A DNA stretch of 64,000 nucleotides from an uncultured Planctomycetales bacterium (GTDB lineage: Bacteria > Omnitrophota > Gorgyraeia > Gygaellales > Profunditerraquicolaceae). The number at the start of each line of letters is the position of its first letter. Position 1 is the stretch's first letter. Shown here in pieces: positions 19,368 through 28,421 of the stretch. Made by a program: the position numbers and the translations under genes. The notes under the pieces were generated by a model. The model was given only the letters and a program-made list of their open reading frames with translations. It was not told the DNA's origin and ran no database searches. The stretch is from the NCBI GenBank assembly GCA_964399915.1, contig CAYNRN010000003.1, positions 2,064 through 66,063 on the forward strand. Direction: 5' to 3'.

Positions 19368-20749
19368 TGTTAAAGAAGTTATCCGCCCTCATCTTTATTA
19401 CGGTTCTCGTAAATTTATTCAGCAGAGGCGTAGGCTTTAGCCCGACTCAGGCCTTAGCCCTTTCTATTTTTTCGGCTTCCATCTTAGGCACGCTTTTCTT
19501 CTGGGATTTCCGGCTTACCTTTGTATTTCTCGGTACCTCTATCCTGCTGATAACCCGGACCATTGATTTAGAGCATGTGATAAAGTTTTCATCGCTGGAA
19601 GTTATCCTCTTCCTAGTCGGGATGATGGTGCTGGTAGGCCAGCTTAAAAACGCCGGCGTCTTTGCCTGGATAGTCAGCCTAATCCTGCGCATCAAGAATC
19701 TCACCGCGAACAAATTCCTTCTGTTCATCTGTATAATATCGGCGCTTCTAGCCTGCGCCGTAGATGAAGTCACTTCTATAATTTTCATCGTCGCCGCGAT
19801 ATTTGAAATCTGCGATTACTTTGAAGTTGATCCCACGCCTTTTCTGATTATGTCCGTCCTCTCCACGAATATCGGTTCAAGCGGCACAGTGATGGGGAAC
19901 CCCATCGGTATATTAATCGCCTCAAAATCCGGACTGACTTTTGAAGATTTTATCTTAAAGGCCTTTCCGGTGATGCTGGTCTGCCTGATAACCGTAATAG
20001 TAATTTTCAGATTCTGGTACCGCAGGCAATTGGCTGAGTTCAATAAGAGAATAGGGGAGCTCGGGGATAATGAAATGCTGGTTAAGCTCATCTCCGTGCC
20101 TCCGGAGAAAGAGTTGAAAGTCAGCCTGCTTATCTTTGCAATAACTCTTGTCTTTATATCCTTACACCACCGCCTGGAACTGCTCCTGAACCTGGAAGGC
20201 AATACTATCCTTTTAACTATACCGCTTATCTCAAGCGGCCTGGTGATGGCATGGAAGTGGAAGAAGGCCAGAGAATTTATCGAGAAAGATGTAGAGTGGT
20301 GGACTTTATTATTCTTTATGCTCCTCTTTGCCCAGGCAGGGACGCTTAAATATACCGGAGCAACCGATGTAATAGCCAGAAGCCTTGCCAACCTTGCCAA
20401 TAATAGCTACGCTGCCTTAACCGGCATAGTGCTCTGGGTTTCTACAATAGGCTCAAGTGTCCTGGACAATGTGGTGTTGGTAGCAGCTTTTATTCCGGTA
20501 ATCCAGAGTTTTACGGGATTAAGCGTGAACCTTAAGCCGCTCTGGTGGGCATTGCTTTTCGGAGGATGTTTAGGCGGGAATATTACGATTGTCGGCTCAA
20601 CTGCCAACATCGTTGCTCTGGGGATTTTAGAGAAGGAAAAGCGGATCCATGTAAATTTCTTCAGCTGGCTGGGGATAGGGCTTATAGTCGGGATAATTAC
20701 TACCTCAATAGTCTGGCTGGCACTGGTACTGCTGCCTTTTTATAATTGA
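19367..20749 (+). CDS. ArsB/NhaD/SLC13 (ion transporter superfamily) permease
   Basis: TNIGSSGTVMGNP, SSVLDNV, LGGNITIVGSTANIVA; many TM segments. Confidence 0.88.
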   Translation: MLKKLSALIFITVLVNLFSRGVGFSPTQALALSIFSASILGTLFFWDFRLTFVFLGTSILLITRTIDLEHVIKFSSLEVILFLVGMMVLVGQLKNAGVFAWIVSLILRIKNLTANKFLLFICIISALLACAVDEVTSIIFIVAAIFEICDYFEVDPTPFLIMSVLSTNIGSSGTVMGNPIGILIASKSGLTFEDFILKAFPVMLVCLITVIVIFRFWYRRQLAEFNKRIGELGDNEMLVKLISVPPEKELKVSLLIFAITLVFISLHHRLELLLNLEGNTILLTIPLISSGLVMAWKWKKAREFIEKDVEWWTLLFFMLLFAQAGTLKYTGATDVIARSLANLANNSYAALTGIVLWVSTIGSSVLDNVVLVAAFIPVIQSFTGLSVNLKPLWWALLFGGCLGGNITIVGSTANIVALGILEKEKRIHVNFFSWLGIGLIVGIITTSIVWLALVLLPFYN

Positions 20750-20800
20750 CAAACTTTAGATTCTGTGGCAAAATGCTTCCCAATAGACAGGAGGTGTCCG

Positions 20801-21325
20801 ATGGGGCACGCTAAAAGAATATTTTTGGCGCTGGGTATCACAGCGCTGGTTTTATTAGTTTCGCAGTCCGCTTTTTGCCAGGAGGCAGGCCCCGCGCAGC
20901 AGGCGGTTGGCCAGGACCAGACGCAGTGGGTCTGGGGGGAAGTGAGCGCCGTAGACACTGATAAAGGCGAACTCTCCGTAACTTACCTTGATTATGACAC
21001 TGATCAGGAGAAAAAAATAACTATCTCAACAGACGAGAAGACCGTTTATGAGAATATCAAAGCTTTGTCTGAGATAGAACAGCAGAACGCGGTAAGTATA
21101 GACTATGTGGTTTCCGGGGAAAAGAATATTGCCAAGAATATCAGTGTGGACAAAACCGACGAGATAGAGCCTCCGGAGACAGTTGCTTCTGAAGAGTTGC
21201 CGCAGGATGCGCCGGAAACAGTCTCTTCTGAAGAGTTGCCGCAGGATGCGCCGGCTGAGATTGCCAAAGAGGAAGTAGAAGGGGCAGCGGCAGGGCCGGC
21301 AGTAGAAGGGCAGAAAAAAGAATAA
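20801..21325 (+). CDS. Exported hypothetical protein (small beta-rich domain plus acidic tail)
   Basis: AGGAGG SD before ATG 20801, signal peptide, WVWGEVSAVD. Confidence 0.7.
   Translation: MGHAKRIFLALGITALVLLVSQSAFCQEAGPAQQAVGQDQTQWVWGEVSAVDTDKGELSVTYLDYDTDQEKKITISTDEKTVYENIKALSEIEQQNAVSIDYVVSGEKNIAKNISVDKTDEIEPPETVASEELPQDAPETVSSEELPQDAPAEIAKEEVEGAAAGPAVEGQKKE
21173..21254 (+). repeat. In-frame 39-bp tandem duplication (PETV[A/S]SEELPQDA)x2
   Basis: Units 21173-21211 and 21212-21250 are nearly identical. Confidence 0.9.
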
Positions 21326-21353
21326 TCTGCGTTAGATTTAGCCAGCGGTTTTT

Positions 21354-21386
21354 ACGGCAGGGGCAAAACCCCTGCCGTTCTTTTTC
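21354..21386 (+). terminator. Rho-independent terminator
   Basis: ACGGCAGGGG-caaaa-CCCCTGCCGT followed by TCTTTTT. Confidence 0.85.
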
Positions 21387-21438
21387 CGGAGGTTTGGCTT
21401 GAAGCGGCTAAGCTTTATTGTTATAATATCCCCATAAG

Positions 21439-22104
21439 ATGAAAAGATATTATTTAAATCTGGTTTTATTTTTCTACCTTGCGCTATCGGCAGGGTGCGC
21501 TTCTTCGGCCCACCCTAAGATTGAGCCGGCAGATAACTTGAACTCAGGTGTGCTTGCGGCTTATTCGGGAGCGAAAGCCCAGATACTTGTACCTGACTTT
21601 GGGATTGAATCAACCAAAGCCAATAACCAGGTCGGCGCAGGCTTACGCCAGATGCTCATCGAAGCGCTGAATACTGCCAACCGTTTTTCTGTCTCTCAGA
21701 AGCAGGATTCAGGCCCTCAGGCCGCAGACTTAATTATCAGCGCTACGGTTAGGGAGTTTGAGCCGCAGTCCTCAGGCGGCCGCGGCGGGTTAGGCGGAGG
21801 AGGAAGCGCAGCTAGCGGGATGCTGGGCGGGCTTCTGGGAGGAATTTTGAATAAGGCGCACATTGCTTTGGAGATACGCATTATTGACGCATCAACTTCT
21901 AAGGTGATTGCTTCAAGCAAAGTGCAGGGCCAGGCATCCGATACCAACGGCGGATTAATGACCGGTTCGCTTGGCGGCTGGGCCTTAGGAGCGCAGTTAT
22001 CGGTTTATTCCAATACGCCTATGGAAAAAGCGATTCGCATTTGCATTATAGAAGCCGCGCGTTTTATATCTCAGGCAGTACCGGCCGAATATTACAAATA
22101 TTAG
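21439..22104 (+). CDS. CsgG/HfaB family lipoprotein
   Basis: Lipobox LSAGC, MLIEALNTANRF, ADLIISATVREFE, IRIIDAST.KVI, TPMEKAIR. Confidence 0.8.
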   Translation: MKRYYLNLVLFFYLALSAGCASSAHPKIEPADNLNSGVLAAYSGAKAQILVPDFGIESTKANNQVGAGLRQMLIEALNTANRFSVSQKQDSGPQAADLIISATVREFEPQSSGGRGGLGGGGSAASGMLGGLLGGILNKAHIALEIRIIDASTSKVIASSKVQGQASDTNGGLMTGSLGGWALGAQLSVYSNTPMEKAIRICIIEAARFISQAVPAEYYKY

Positions 22105-22134
22105 CCAGAGAATAGTTAGAAAGCAGGAGGGGGC

Positions 22135-22215
22135 ATGGGAAAAAGAAAACGTAGAGGGAAATTGAATTGGCGTTCTAAGAAGGCGAATAAAGGCAGGAAA
22201 CCCTGTCTGGGGTAG
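22135..22215 (+). CDS. 26-aa basic peptide, bL37-like ribosomal protein candidate
   Basis: AGGAGG SD; MGKRKRRGKLNWRSKKANKGRKPCLG; below the ORF track cutoff. Confidence 0.65.
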   Translation: MGKRKRRGKLNWRSKKANKGRKPCLG

Positions 22216-22237
22216 CAAGGGGTTGCCTGGGGAGACT

Positions 22238-22978
22238 ATGACGCTTGTCTGGATTATCATAAGCACATTTACGGTCAGCCTGATTTCTTTTGTCGGAGTA
22301 TTTGCCCTTGCCCTCAAGGATAAATTACTGCATAAAATCCTTTTTGGCCTGATCGGATTCTCTGCCGGGGCATTAATCGGAGGCGCTTTTCTGCATATCC
22401 TGCCTGAGAGCCTTGAGAAGATGCCCAGCATGCGGGTTTTTTCCTATCTGATCATCGGGATCACCCTATTTTTCATGATGGAACGGTACCTGCATTGGCG
22501 CCATTGCCATGAGGGAAAGTGCGATGTGCATCCGGTGACATACCTGAATCTTTTCGGCGACGGGTTCCATAATTTTATTGACGGCATGATCATCGCGGTC
22601 AGCTTTATAACTTCGCTGAAACTGGGCATAGTTACAACTATGGCGGTAATATTACATGAGATACCGCAGGAGTTGGGGGATTTTGGGGTATTAGTCTATG
22701 GCGGATTCACCAAGAAAAAAGCCCTTATCTGCAACTTCCTCTCGGCGCTTACGGCGATAATCGGCGCAATAATCGCTTATCTGATATCGGATGCCGTCAG
22801 TGGTTTTTCTAATTTTATCCTTCCTCTTACCGCAGGCGGATTTATCTATATCGCCACCTCCGATCTTATCCCCGAAATACACAAAGAGAGGGACCTCAGG
22901 CGCTCGACGCTGGCATTTGTCTCATTTTTGCTCGGTATAGCTTTTATGGCCGCGGCGCGCTTCTTTTTTGAGGTATAA
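22238..22978 (+). CDS. ZIP family metal transporter
   Basis: AFLHILPE, HWRHCH, GDGFHNFIDG, HEIPQELGDF. Confidence 0.95.
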   Translation: MTLVWIIISTFTVSLISFVGVFALALKDKLLHKILFGLIGFSAGALIGGAFLHILPESLEKMPSMRVFSYLIIGITLFFMMERYLHWRHCHEGKCDVHPVTYLNLFGDGFHNFIDGMIIAVSFITSLKLGIVTTMAVILHEIPQELGDFGVLVYGGFTKKKALICNFLSALTAIIGAIIAYLISDAVSGFSNFILPLTAGGFIYIATSDLIPEIHKERDLRRSTLAFVSFLLGIAFMAAARFFFEV

Positions 22979-22980
22979 GA

Positions 22981-23217
22981 ATGAAAAAAATTCCTCTTAC
23001 TCAGGTGAAAACAAACCAAAAGGTGAAAGTGGCGGAAATTACCGGCGGCGGGCAGCTGCGCGATAAGCTGATGAGCCTAGGCATCTACACGGGGATAGAA
23101 ATCACAAAGCTTAGCCATTTTATGATGAAAGGCCCCGTGACTATAAAATCCGGCAGGAGCGTATTGGCCTTAGGCCATGGAATGGCGGCTAAGATTTTTG
23201 TTGAGAGCCATGATTAA
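22981..23217 (+). CDS. feoA: Ferrous iron transport protein A
   Basis: KLMSLGI..G, GPV, ALGHGMAAKIFV; precedes feoB. Confidence 0.92.
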   Translation: MKKIPLTQVKTNQKVKVAEITGGGQLRDKLMSLGIYTGIEITKLSHFMMKGPVTIKSGRSVLALGHGMAAKIFVESHD

Positions 23218-24940
23218 GAAGATATTTTTGATCGGGAATCCCAATGTGGGCAAGAGTGTGGTATTCTCCCGGCTTACCGGGGTAAGGGTAATGTCCTCTA
23301 ATTATCCCGGCACAACCGTAGAGATCACTAAGGGGTTTCTTGTTCACGGCCGGGAGAGGATAGAAGTCGTTGACCTGCCGGGGGCCTATTCTTTGAACCC
23401 GGCTTCGCAGGCAGAGGAGGTAGCGGTATCCTTACTTAAAGATTTTCCTAAAGAAGATTCCGTAGTAATAAATATCTTAGATTCCACAAACCTGGAAAGA
23501 AACCTCTATTTGACCCTGCAATTGATCGAAGAAGGTTACCGCGTCATCGTCTGCCTGAATATGTGCGATGAAACCGGGCACCGCGGCATAGAATTAGATA
23601 TAAAAAAATTAGAATCACTTTTGGGTGTGCCGGTTGTATCTGCCTGCGCGGTTACCGGCGTAGGGATTAAGTTTTTAATCGAAAGGATAGGGGAGGCCCG
23701 GGCAAAGCCCGCAAAGGCTACAGGCCACCTTGAGCGTTGGAGAGAGATAGGCCTGATTATAGAGCAGGTACAGCGTTTATCGCACCGGCATCATACCTTC
23801 AGGGAGATCTTAGAGGATGTTTCAGTCAGGCCTTTCACCGGGTTCCTTATCGGGGGTTTGGTGATATATCTTTCTTTTAAAATCGTGCGTTTTATCGGGG
23901 AATTTTTAATCAACAGCATCTCTGACCCTGTCTTTTATAATATTTATGAACCCCTATTGATGAGGTTAAGCCGGGTTTTCGGGCCGGAAAGTTTCCTGCA
24001 TCATCTTCTTATCGGAGATTTAATTAACGGGAAAATAGATTTCCAGCAGTCTATGGGAGTGCTTACTACTGCTCCTTACATAGAGTTTGCGATGGTCCTT
24101 CCTTATGTGCTGGCTTTTTATGTCATCCTTAGTGTTTTGGAAGACGTCGGTTACCTCCCGCGCCTGGCGATTCTGCTGGATAATCTGATGCATAAGTTAG
24201 GATTGCATGGCTACGCGATAATCCCGGTATTGCTTGGATTCGGCTGTAATATCCCCGGCATACTCTCTACAAGGATACTGGAATCAAGGCGGGAGAGGTT
24301 TATTACCTCAACGCTAATTTCTATAGGCGTACCCTGTGTCGCGCTGCAGGCGATGATTTTTGCGCTTCTCGGCCGCTTCTCCGGTTTTTACGTCGGAGGC
24401 GTATACTTGGTACTCTTCTCGGTATGGTTAATCTTAGGGGTGATTCTGAATAAAACCCTTAAGGGCTATAGCCCCGAGCTTCTGATTGAGATACCGCCTT
24501 ACAGGCTGCCGCCGGTTGGGGTGCTTTTCAGGAAAATATTCTACCGTGTATGCGGGTTCATCTTTGAGGCCGTGCCGATTGTATTATTAGGTGTTTTGGC
24601 GGTGAACCTGCTTTTATATTTTCATCTTTTTGATTTCATCTCCGCGATATCCGCCCCGGTGATTCATGGATTGTTCGGCTTGCCTAAAGAAACCGTGATT
24701 GCCCTGGCAATCGGATTTATCAGGAAAGATGTGGCTGCCGGAATGCTTATTCCGCTTGGGTTAAGCGCAAGGCAGATGTTCATCGCCGCTACGCTCCTGG
24801 CTGCGTCTTTTCCATGCGTAGCGACGTTCGTAATCCTGCTTAAAGAACTAGGCATCAGGGATTTTATCAAATCACTCTTAATCATGATTGCCACCGGATT
24901 CATTTTAGGGGCAGTACTCAACTTTTCCCTGTTAAGATAG
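23210..24940 (+). CDS. feoB: Ferrous iron transporter B
   Basis: GNPNVGKS, NYPGTTVE, DLPG, NMCD, LEDVGYLPR, GFGC. Confidence 0.95.
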   Translation: MIKKIFLIGNPNVGKSVVFSRLTGVRVMSSNYPGTTVEITKGFLVHGRERIEVVDLPGAYSLNPASQAEEVAVSLLKDFPKEDSVVINILDSTNLERNLYLTLQLIEEGYRVIVCLNMCDETGHRGIELDIKKLESLLGVPVVSACAVTGVGIKFLIERIGEARAKPAKATGHLERWREIGLIIEQVQRLSHRHHTFREILEDVSVRPFTGFLIGGLVIYLSFKIVRFIGEFLINSISDPVFYNIYEPLLMRLSRVFGPESFLHHLLIGDLINGKIDFQQSMGVLTTAPYIEFAMVLPYVLAFYVILSVLEDVGYLPRLAILLDNLMHKLGLHGYAIIPVLLGFGCNIPGILSTRILESRRERFITSTLISIGVPCVALQAMIFALLGRFSGFYVGGVYLVLFSVWLILGVILNKTLKGYSPELLIEIPPYRLPPVGVLFRKIFYRVCGFIFEAVPIVLLGVLAVNLLLYFHLFDFISAISAPVIHGLFGLPKETVIALAIGFIRKDVAAGMLIPLGLSARQMFIAATLLAASFPCVATFVILLKELGIRDFIKSLLIMIATGFILGAVLNFSLLR

Positions 24941-24988
24941 TTTTTCCTTCCTACGGCAATACTGGTTAAAAATAGATAAGGACCTCTG

Positions 24989-25957
24989 ATGAAAGCTGTA
25001 GCTTTGATTTCAGGCGGGCTGGATAGTCTATTGGCCGCAAAGCTTATACAAGGGCAGGGGGTAGAAGTATTAGCCCTGCATTTTCAGATGCCCTTTTGTG
25101 CAAGCAATGTTAAGGAAGCCGTAGCTGCCCTGGGGCTGTCCTTGAAGGAGGGAAGTATTGACGAGGAATTCATCGGCCTTATTCTTAAGCCTAAGCACGG
25201 CAGAGGTTCGCATATGAACCCTTGTATTGACTGCAAAATCCTGATGTTGCGCCGGGCAAAGGAGATGATGGCTTCTCTGGGGGCAGATTTTATTATCACC
25301 GGAGAGGTCCTGGGGCAACGTCCGATGTCGCAGCACAGGCAGAGCCTTGAGGTTATTGAGAGAGAATCAGGCCTGGAAGGCTTATTGCTACGGCCTTTAT
25401 CCGCGCGGCTGCTTGCGGAAACTCTCCCCGAAAAAAAAGGGTGGGTGAAGAGGGAGGAATTGCTCGCTTTTAACGGCAGGGCCCGTAAGCCACAGATTGA
25501 CCTTGCCGATAAATTAGGGATTCGTAATTACCGGCAGCCGGCAGGAGGCTGCCTGCTTACCGACGCAGCTTTTTCAGGCAGGATAAAAGATCTGATAAAA
25601 TATAACGAGCTTACACTGGATAACATTGAGCTTCTTAAAATCGGCAGGCATTTCAGGTTAAGCCAAACAGCCAAGCTGGTAGTAGGGAGGAATGAAATTG
25701 AGAATGGCCGCCTGATCCGCCTGAAGCAGAAAGATGACCTGATATTCATGCCTGAGATATTGGCAGGGCCTACGGCTTTAGGCAGAGGGACTTTCGATAA
25801 TGATTTGATAGAATTATCCTGCTCTATAGTCAGCCGCTACTGCGATTTAAACGGGGAAGCGGCAGCGGATATAATCTGTGAGAACGTATCCTGCGGCCAA
25901 AAAGTTTATAGCATTGCTGCGGCCAGAGAAGAACAGCTTGCTGCTTTAAGGAGATGA
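24989..25957 (+). CDS. PP-loop tRNA sulfurtransferase-like protein (ThiI/MnmA-like)
   Basis: SGGLDS, NPCIDCK, TGEVLGQRPMSQ, PAGGCLLTD, GRHFRL. Confidence 0.8.
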   Translation: MKAVALISGGLDSLLAAKLIQGQGVEVLALHFQMPFCASNVKEAVAALGLSLKEGSIDEEFIGLILKPKHGRGSHMNPCIDCKILMLRRAKEMMASLGADFIITGEVLGQRPMSQHRQSLEVIERESGLEGLLLRPLSARLLAETLPEKKGWVKREELLAFNGRARKPQIDLADKLGIRNYRQPAGGCLLTDAAFSGRIKDLIKYNELTLDNIELLKIGRHFRLSQTAKLVVGRNEIENGRLIRLKQKDDLIFMPEILAGPTALGRGTFDNDLIELSCSIVSRYCDLNGEAAADIICENVSCGQKVYSIAAAREEQLAALRR

Positions 25958-26011
25958 ACCCCGTTAGAAATTTTCATAACGGGAAATCGGAGGCGTTTCT
26001 AACGGGATGAA
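25954..26011. repeat. REP-like palindromic element (family A, copy 2)
   Basis: CCCGTTAGAAA (25960-25970) / TTTCTAACGGG (25996-26006), flanked by ATGAA direct repeats. Confidence 0.85.
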
Positions 26012-27020
26012 GGAAGCCCTTTTTTATGAGAAACTGGATAGTCAGAGGGTGCGTTGTTTTCTCTGCGCCCACCGCTGCCACATAGAGCCGGATAAATTCG
26101 GTTTCTGCGGGGTGAGGCAGAATGTCAACGGTAAACTCTTTACTTATGCTTACGGAAAAGTCATTGCCGCTAATATCGATCCGATTGAAAAGAAACCGCT
26201 CTACCATTTTCTCCCCGGCTCAAAGAGTTTTTCCATAGCTACTATCGGCTGTAACTTCCGCTGCGGATTCTGTCAGAACTGGGAGATATCGCAGGCGTCT
26301 TTCAGGGCGCTGGATGTTTCGGGCGGCGGCCAGCTTTCTCCGGTTGATATAGTAAAACAGGCAACCGAAAATAAATGTGCCAGCATCTCTTATACCTATA
26401 CCGAACCGACGATATTCTTTGAATACGCGTATGACACCGCAAAAATAGCTAAAGAGAAAGGCCTGTTCAACAATTTCGTGACTAACGGATTCATGACAAA
26501 AGAGGCGCTGGAGATGATCAGGCCTTATCTGGATGCGGCTAACGTCGACCTTAAGTTCTTTAAAGAGAGTTCTTATCAGGAGGTTTGTTCGGGTAGACTG
26601 CAGCCGGTGCTTGACACTATACGCCTGATGAAGCGATATGGCATCTGGATTGAAGTAACTACCCTGGTTGTGCCCGGCAGTAATGACTCGCCCGAAGAAC
26701 TAAGCGCGATTGCCCGGTTTATCGCCGAGGTAGATAAAGGTATCCCCTGGCATATCTCAAGGTTTTATCCGGATTATAATTTTTCCGATAGGCAGGCTAC
26801 CCCATTGGGTAAATTAAAAGAAGCCGAGTCGCTCGGCCGCAAAGCCGGGCTAAACTACGTATACATAGGCAATGTCATAGGCGAAGGCAATGATACATAT
26901 TGCCCCAATTGTAAAAAATTATTGATTAGAAGAGAAGGCTTTTCGCTTTTAGAGTATAATATATCAGGAAACAAATGCCCCTATTGTAAGGTAGCTATAC
27001 CCGGAAGGTTTCATGGTTAA
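26007..27020 (+). CDS. amrS: AmmeMemoRadiSam system radical SAM enzyme
   Basis: CFLCAHRC..GFCGVR, DPIEKKPLYHF, GCNFRCGFCQN, YTYTEP, C-terminal CPNC..CPYC. Confidence 0.93.
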   Translation: MKEALFYEKLDSQRVRCFLCAHRCHIEPDKFGFCGVRQNVNGKLFTYAYGKVIAANIDPIEKKPLYHFLPGSKSFSIATIGCNFRCGFCQNWEISQASFRALDVSGGGQLSPVDIVKQATENKCASISYTYTEPTIFFEYAYDTAKIAKEKGLFNNFVTNGFMTKEALEMIRPYLDAANVDLKFFKESSYQEVCSGRLQPVLDTIRLMKRYGIWIEVTTLVVPGSNDSPEELSAIARFIAEVDKGIPWHISRFYPDYNFSDRQATPLGKLKEAESLGRKAGLNYVYIGNVIGEGNDTYCPNCKKLLIRREGFSLLEYNISGNKCPYCKVAIPGRFHG

Positions 27021-27813
27021 GGCAAAAATCAACTCCTATACGCTGCTGGAAAGGATACGCCGGCAAAAACCCGTAATCCATCATCTGACCAACTGGGTAA
27101 CTATCTATGATTGCGCCAACATCGTCAAGGCCCTGGGGGCTTCCCCGGTAATGGCGCATGCCCCTGAGGAAGCGGCGGAGATGTCTGCTATTGCCTCGGC
27201 ACTGGTATTGAATATCGGCACACTCACAACAGATTTTATAGAGTCAATGAAGATAGCAGCTAAAAGCGCTAACAAGCATGGCATCCCGGTTATTCTTGAC
27301 CTCTGCGGCTGCGGAGCCACGCAATTACGCAATCAGAAGAGCCTTGAGCTCTTGGATCAAGTCAAAATTAATATTATCAAAGGCAATTCCTCCGAAGCGG
27401 CGAGAGCAAGCGGGGCAGATGTCAGGACTAAAGGCGTGGACGCGCTTGAGGTGAAACATAATTTGCGGGAATTAGCCGCTGCCTTTGCCCGCAAAAGGGG
27501 CTCTACGGTAGTGATAACAGGCAAAGAGGATATTGTTACAGACGGCAGAAAGGAATATATCGTAAAAAACGGCTCAGCGATGATGACGCATGTTGTGGGG
27601 ACCGGCTGTATGGCAGCTTCCGTAATCGGTACCTTTGCGGCAGTAGAAAAAGATTTAGCGCTCGCCGCAGCCTCAGGCCTATCCTGTTACGGTATTGCCG
27701 CAGAACTCGCCGCAAAGTTATCCAATGGCCCGGGTACTTTTAAGGAGAAATTATTTGATTGCATATTTAACCTGGATAAATCCGCTGTTTCTAAGATGCA
27801 AAGGATAGCATGA
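27013..27813 (+). CDS. thiM: Hydroxyethylthiazole kinase
   Basis: HHLTNWVT, GASPVMAH, LNIGTL, KGNSSE, VGTGC. Confidence 0.95.
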   Translation: MVKAKINSYTLLERIRRQKPVIHHLTNWVTIYDCANIVKALGASPVMAHAPEEAAEMSAIASALVLNIGTLTTDFIESMKIAAKSANKHGIPVILDLCGCGATQLRNQKSLELLDQVKINIIKGNSSEAARASGADVRTKGVDALEVKHNLRELAAAFARKRGSTVVITGKEDIVTDGRKEYIVKNGSAMMTHVVGTGCMAASVIGTFAAVEKDLALAAASGLSCYGIAAELAAKLSNGPGTFKEKLFDCIFNLDKSAVSKMQRIA

Positions 27814-28421
27814 TTAGCGGTTTTTATTTTATTACCGATGCGGTTTTAAGCAGAGCGGGTAACTACAACGATGTCAGAAGCGCTTTACAGGCAGGGGTAA
27901 GAGTTATTCAGTACCGCAATAAAAGCGCCAATACCAGAGAGATGTTTGAAGAGGCGCTGCGCCTGAAAAAAATCTGCGCTAAGGCGGTCTTCCTGGTCAA
28001 TGACCGTATTGATATCGCAATGGCAGTAGGCGCTGACGGCGTCCATATTGGTGAAGACGATATTCCTTATCCCGCCGCCAGAAAATTATTGGGGAGGAAG
28101 AAGATAATCGGAGTTACGGTGCACTCGCTGGAAGCTGCCAGGAAGGCGCAGGCAGCGGGAGCGGATTATCTGGGGGCATCTCCGATATTCGCCACAAAAA
28201 CTAAAAAAAACGCCGGCAGGCCGGTAGGCACTGTTCTGATTAAAAAGTTAAAAGAAGAACTTAATCTGCCGGTTGTCGCAATCGGAGGAATAAATTTAAA
28301 GAATGCGCCTGAGGTTATCCGCGCCGGAACTGATGGTTTATGCGCGATATCTGCGGTTGTGACTAAGCCAGATGTAGAAAGAGAAATAAAGAAATTCCAG
28401 GAGCTTTTTAATGGCTGTTGA
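27810..28421 (+). CDS. thiE: Thiamine-phosphate synthase
   Basis: QYRNK, VNDRIDIA..ADGVHIG, TKTK, VVAIGGI. Confidence 0.95.
   Translation: MISGFYFITDAVLSRAGNYNDVRSALQAGVRVIQYRNKSANTREMFEEALRLKKICAKAVFLVNDRIDIAMAVGADGVHIGEDDIPYPAARKLLGRKKIIGVTVHSLEAARKAQAAGADYLGASPIFATKTKKNAGRPVGTVLIKKLKEELNLPVVAIGGINLKNAPEVIRAGTDGLCAISAVVTKPDVEREIKKFQELFNGC

Noticed and set aside
26900-27013. TPP riboswitch before thiM-thiE
   Set aside because: thiM overlaps amrS, leaving no leader, and no TPP core motifs were seen
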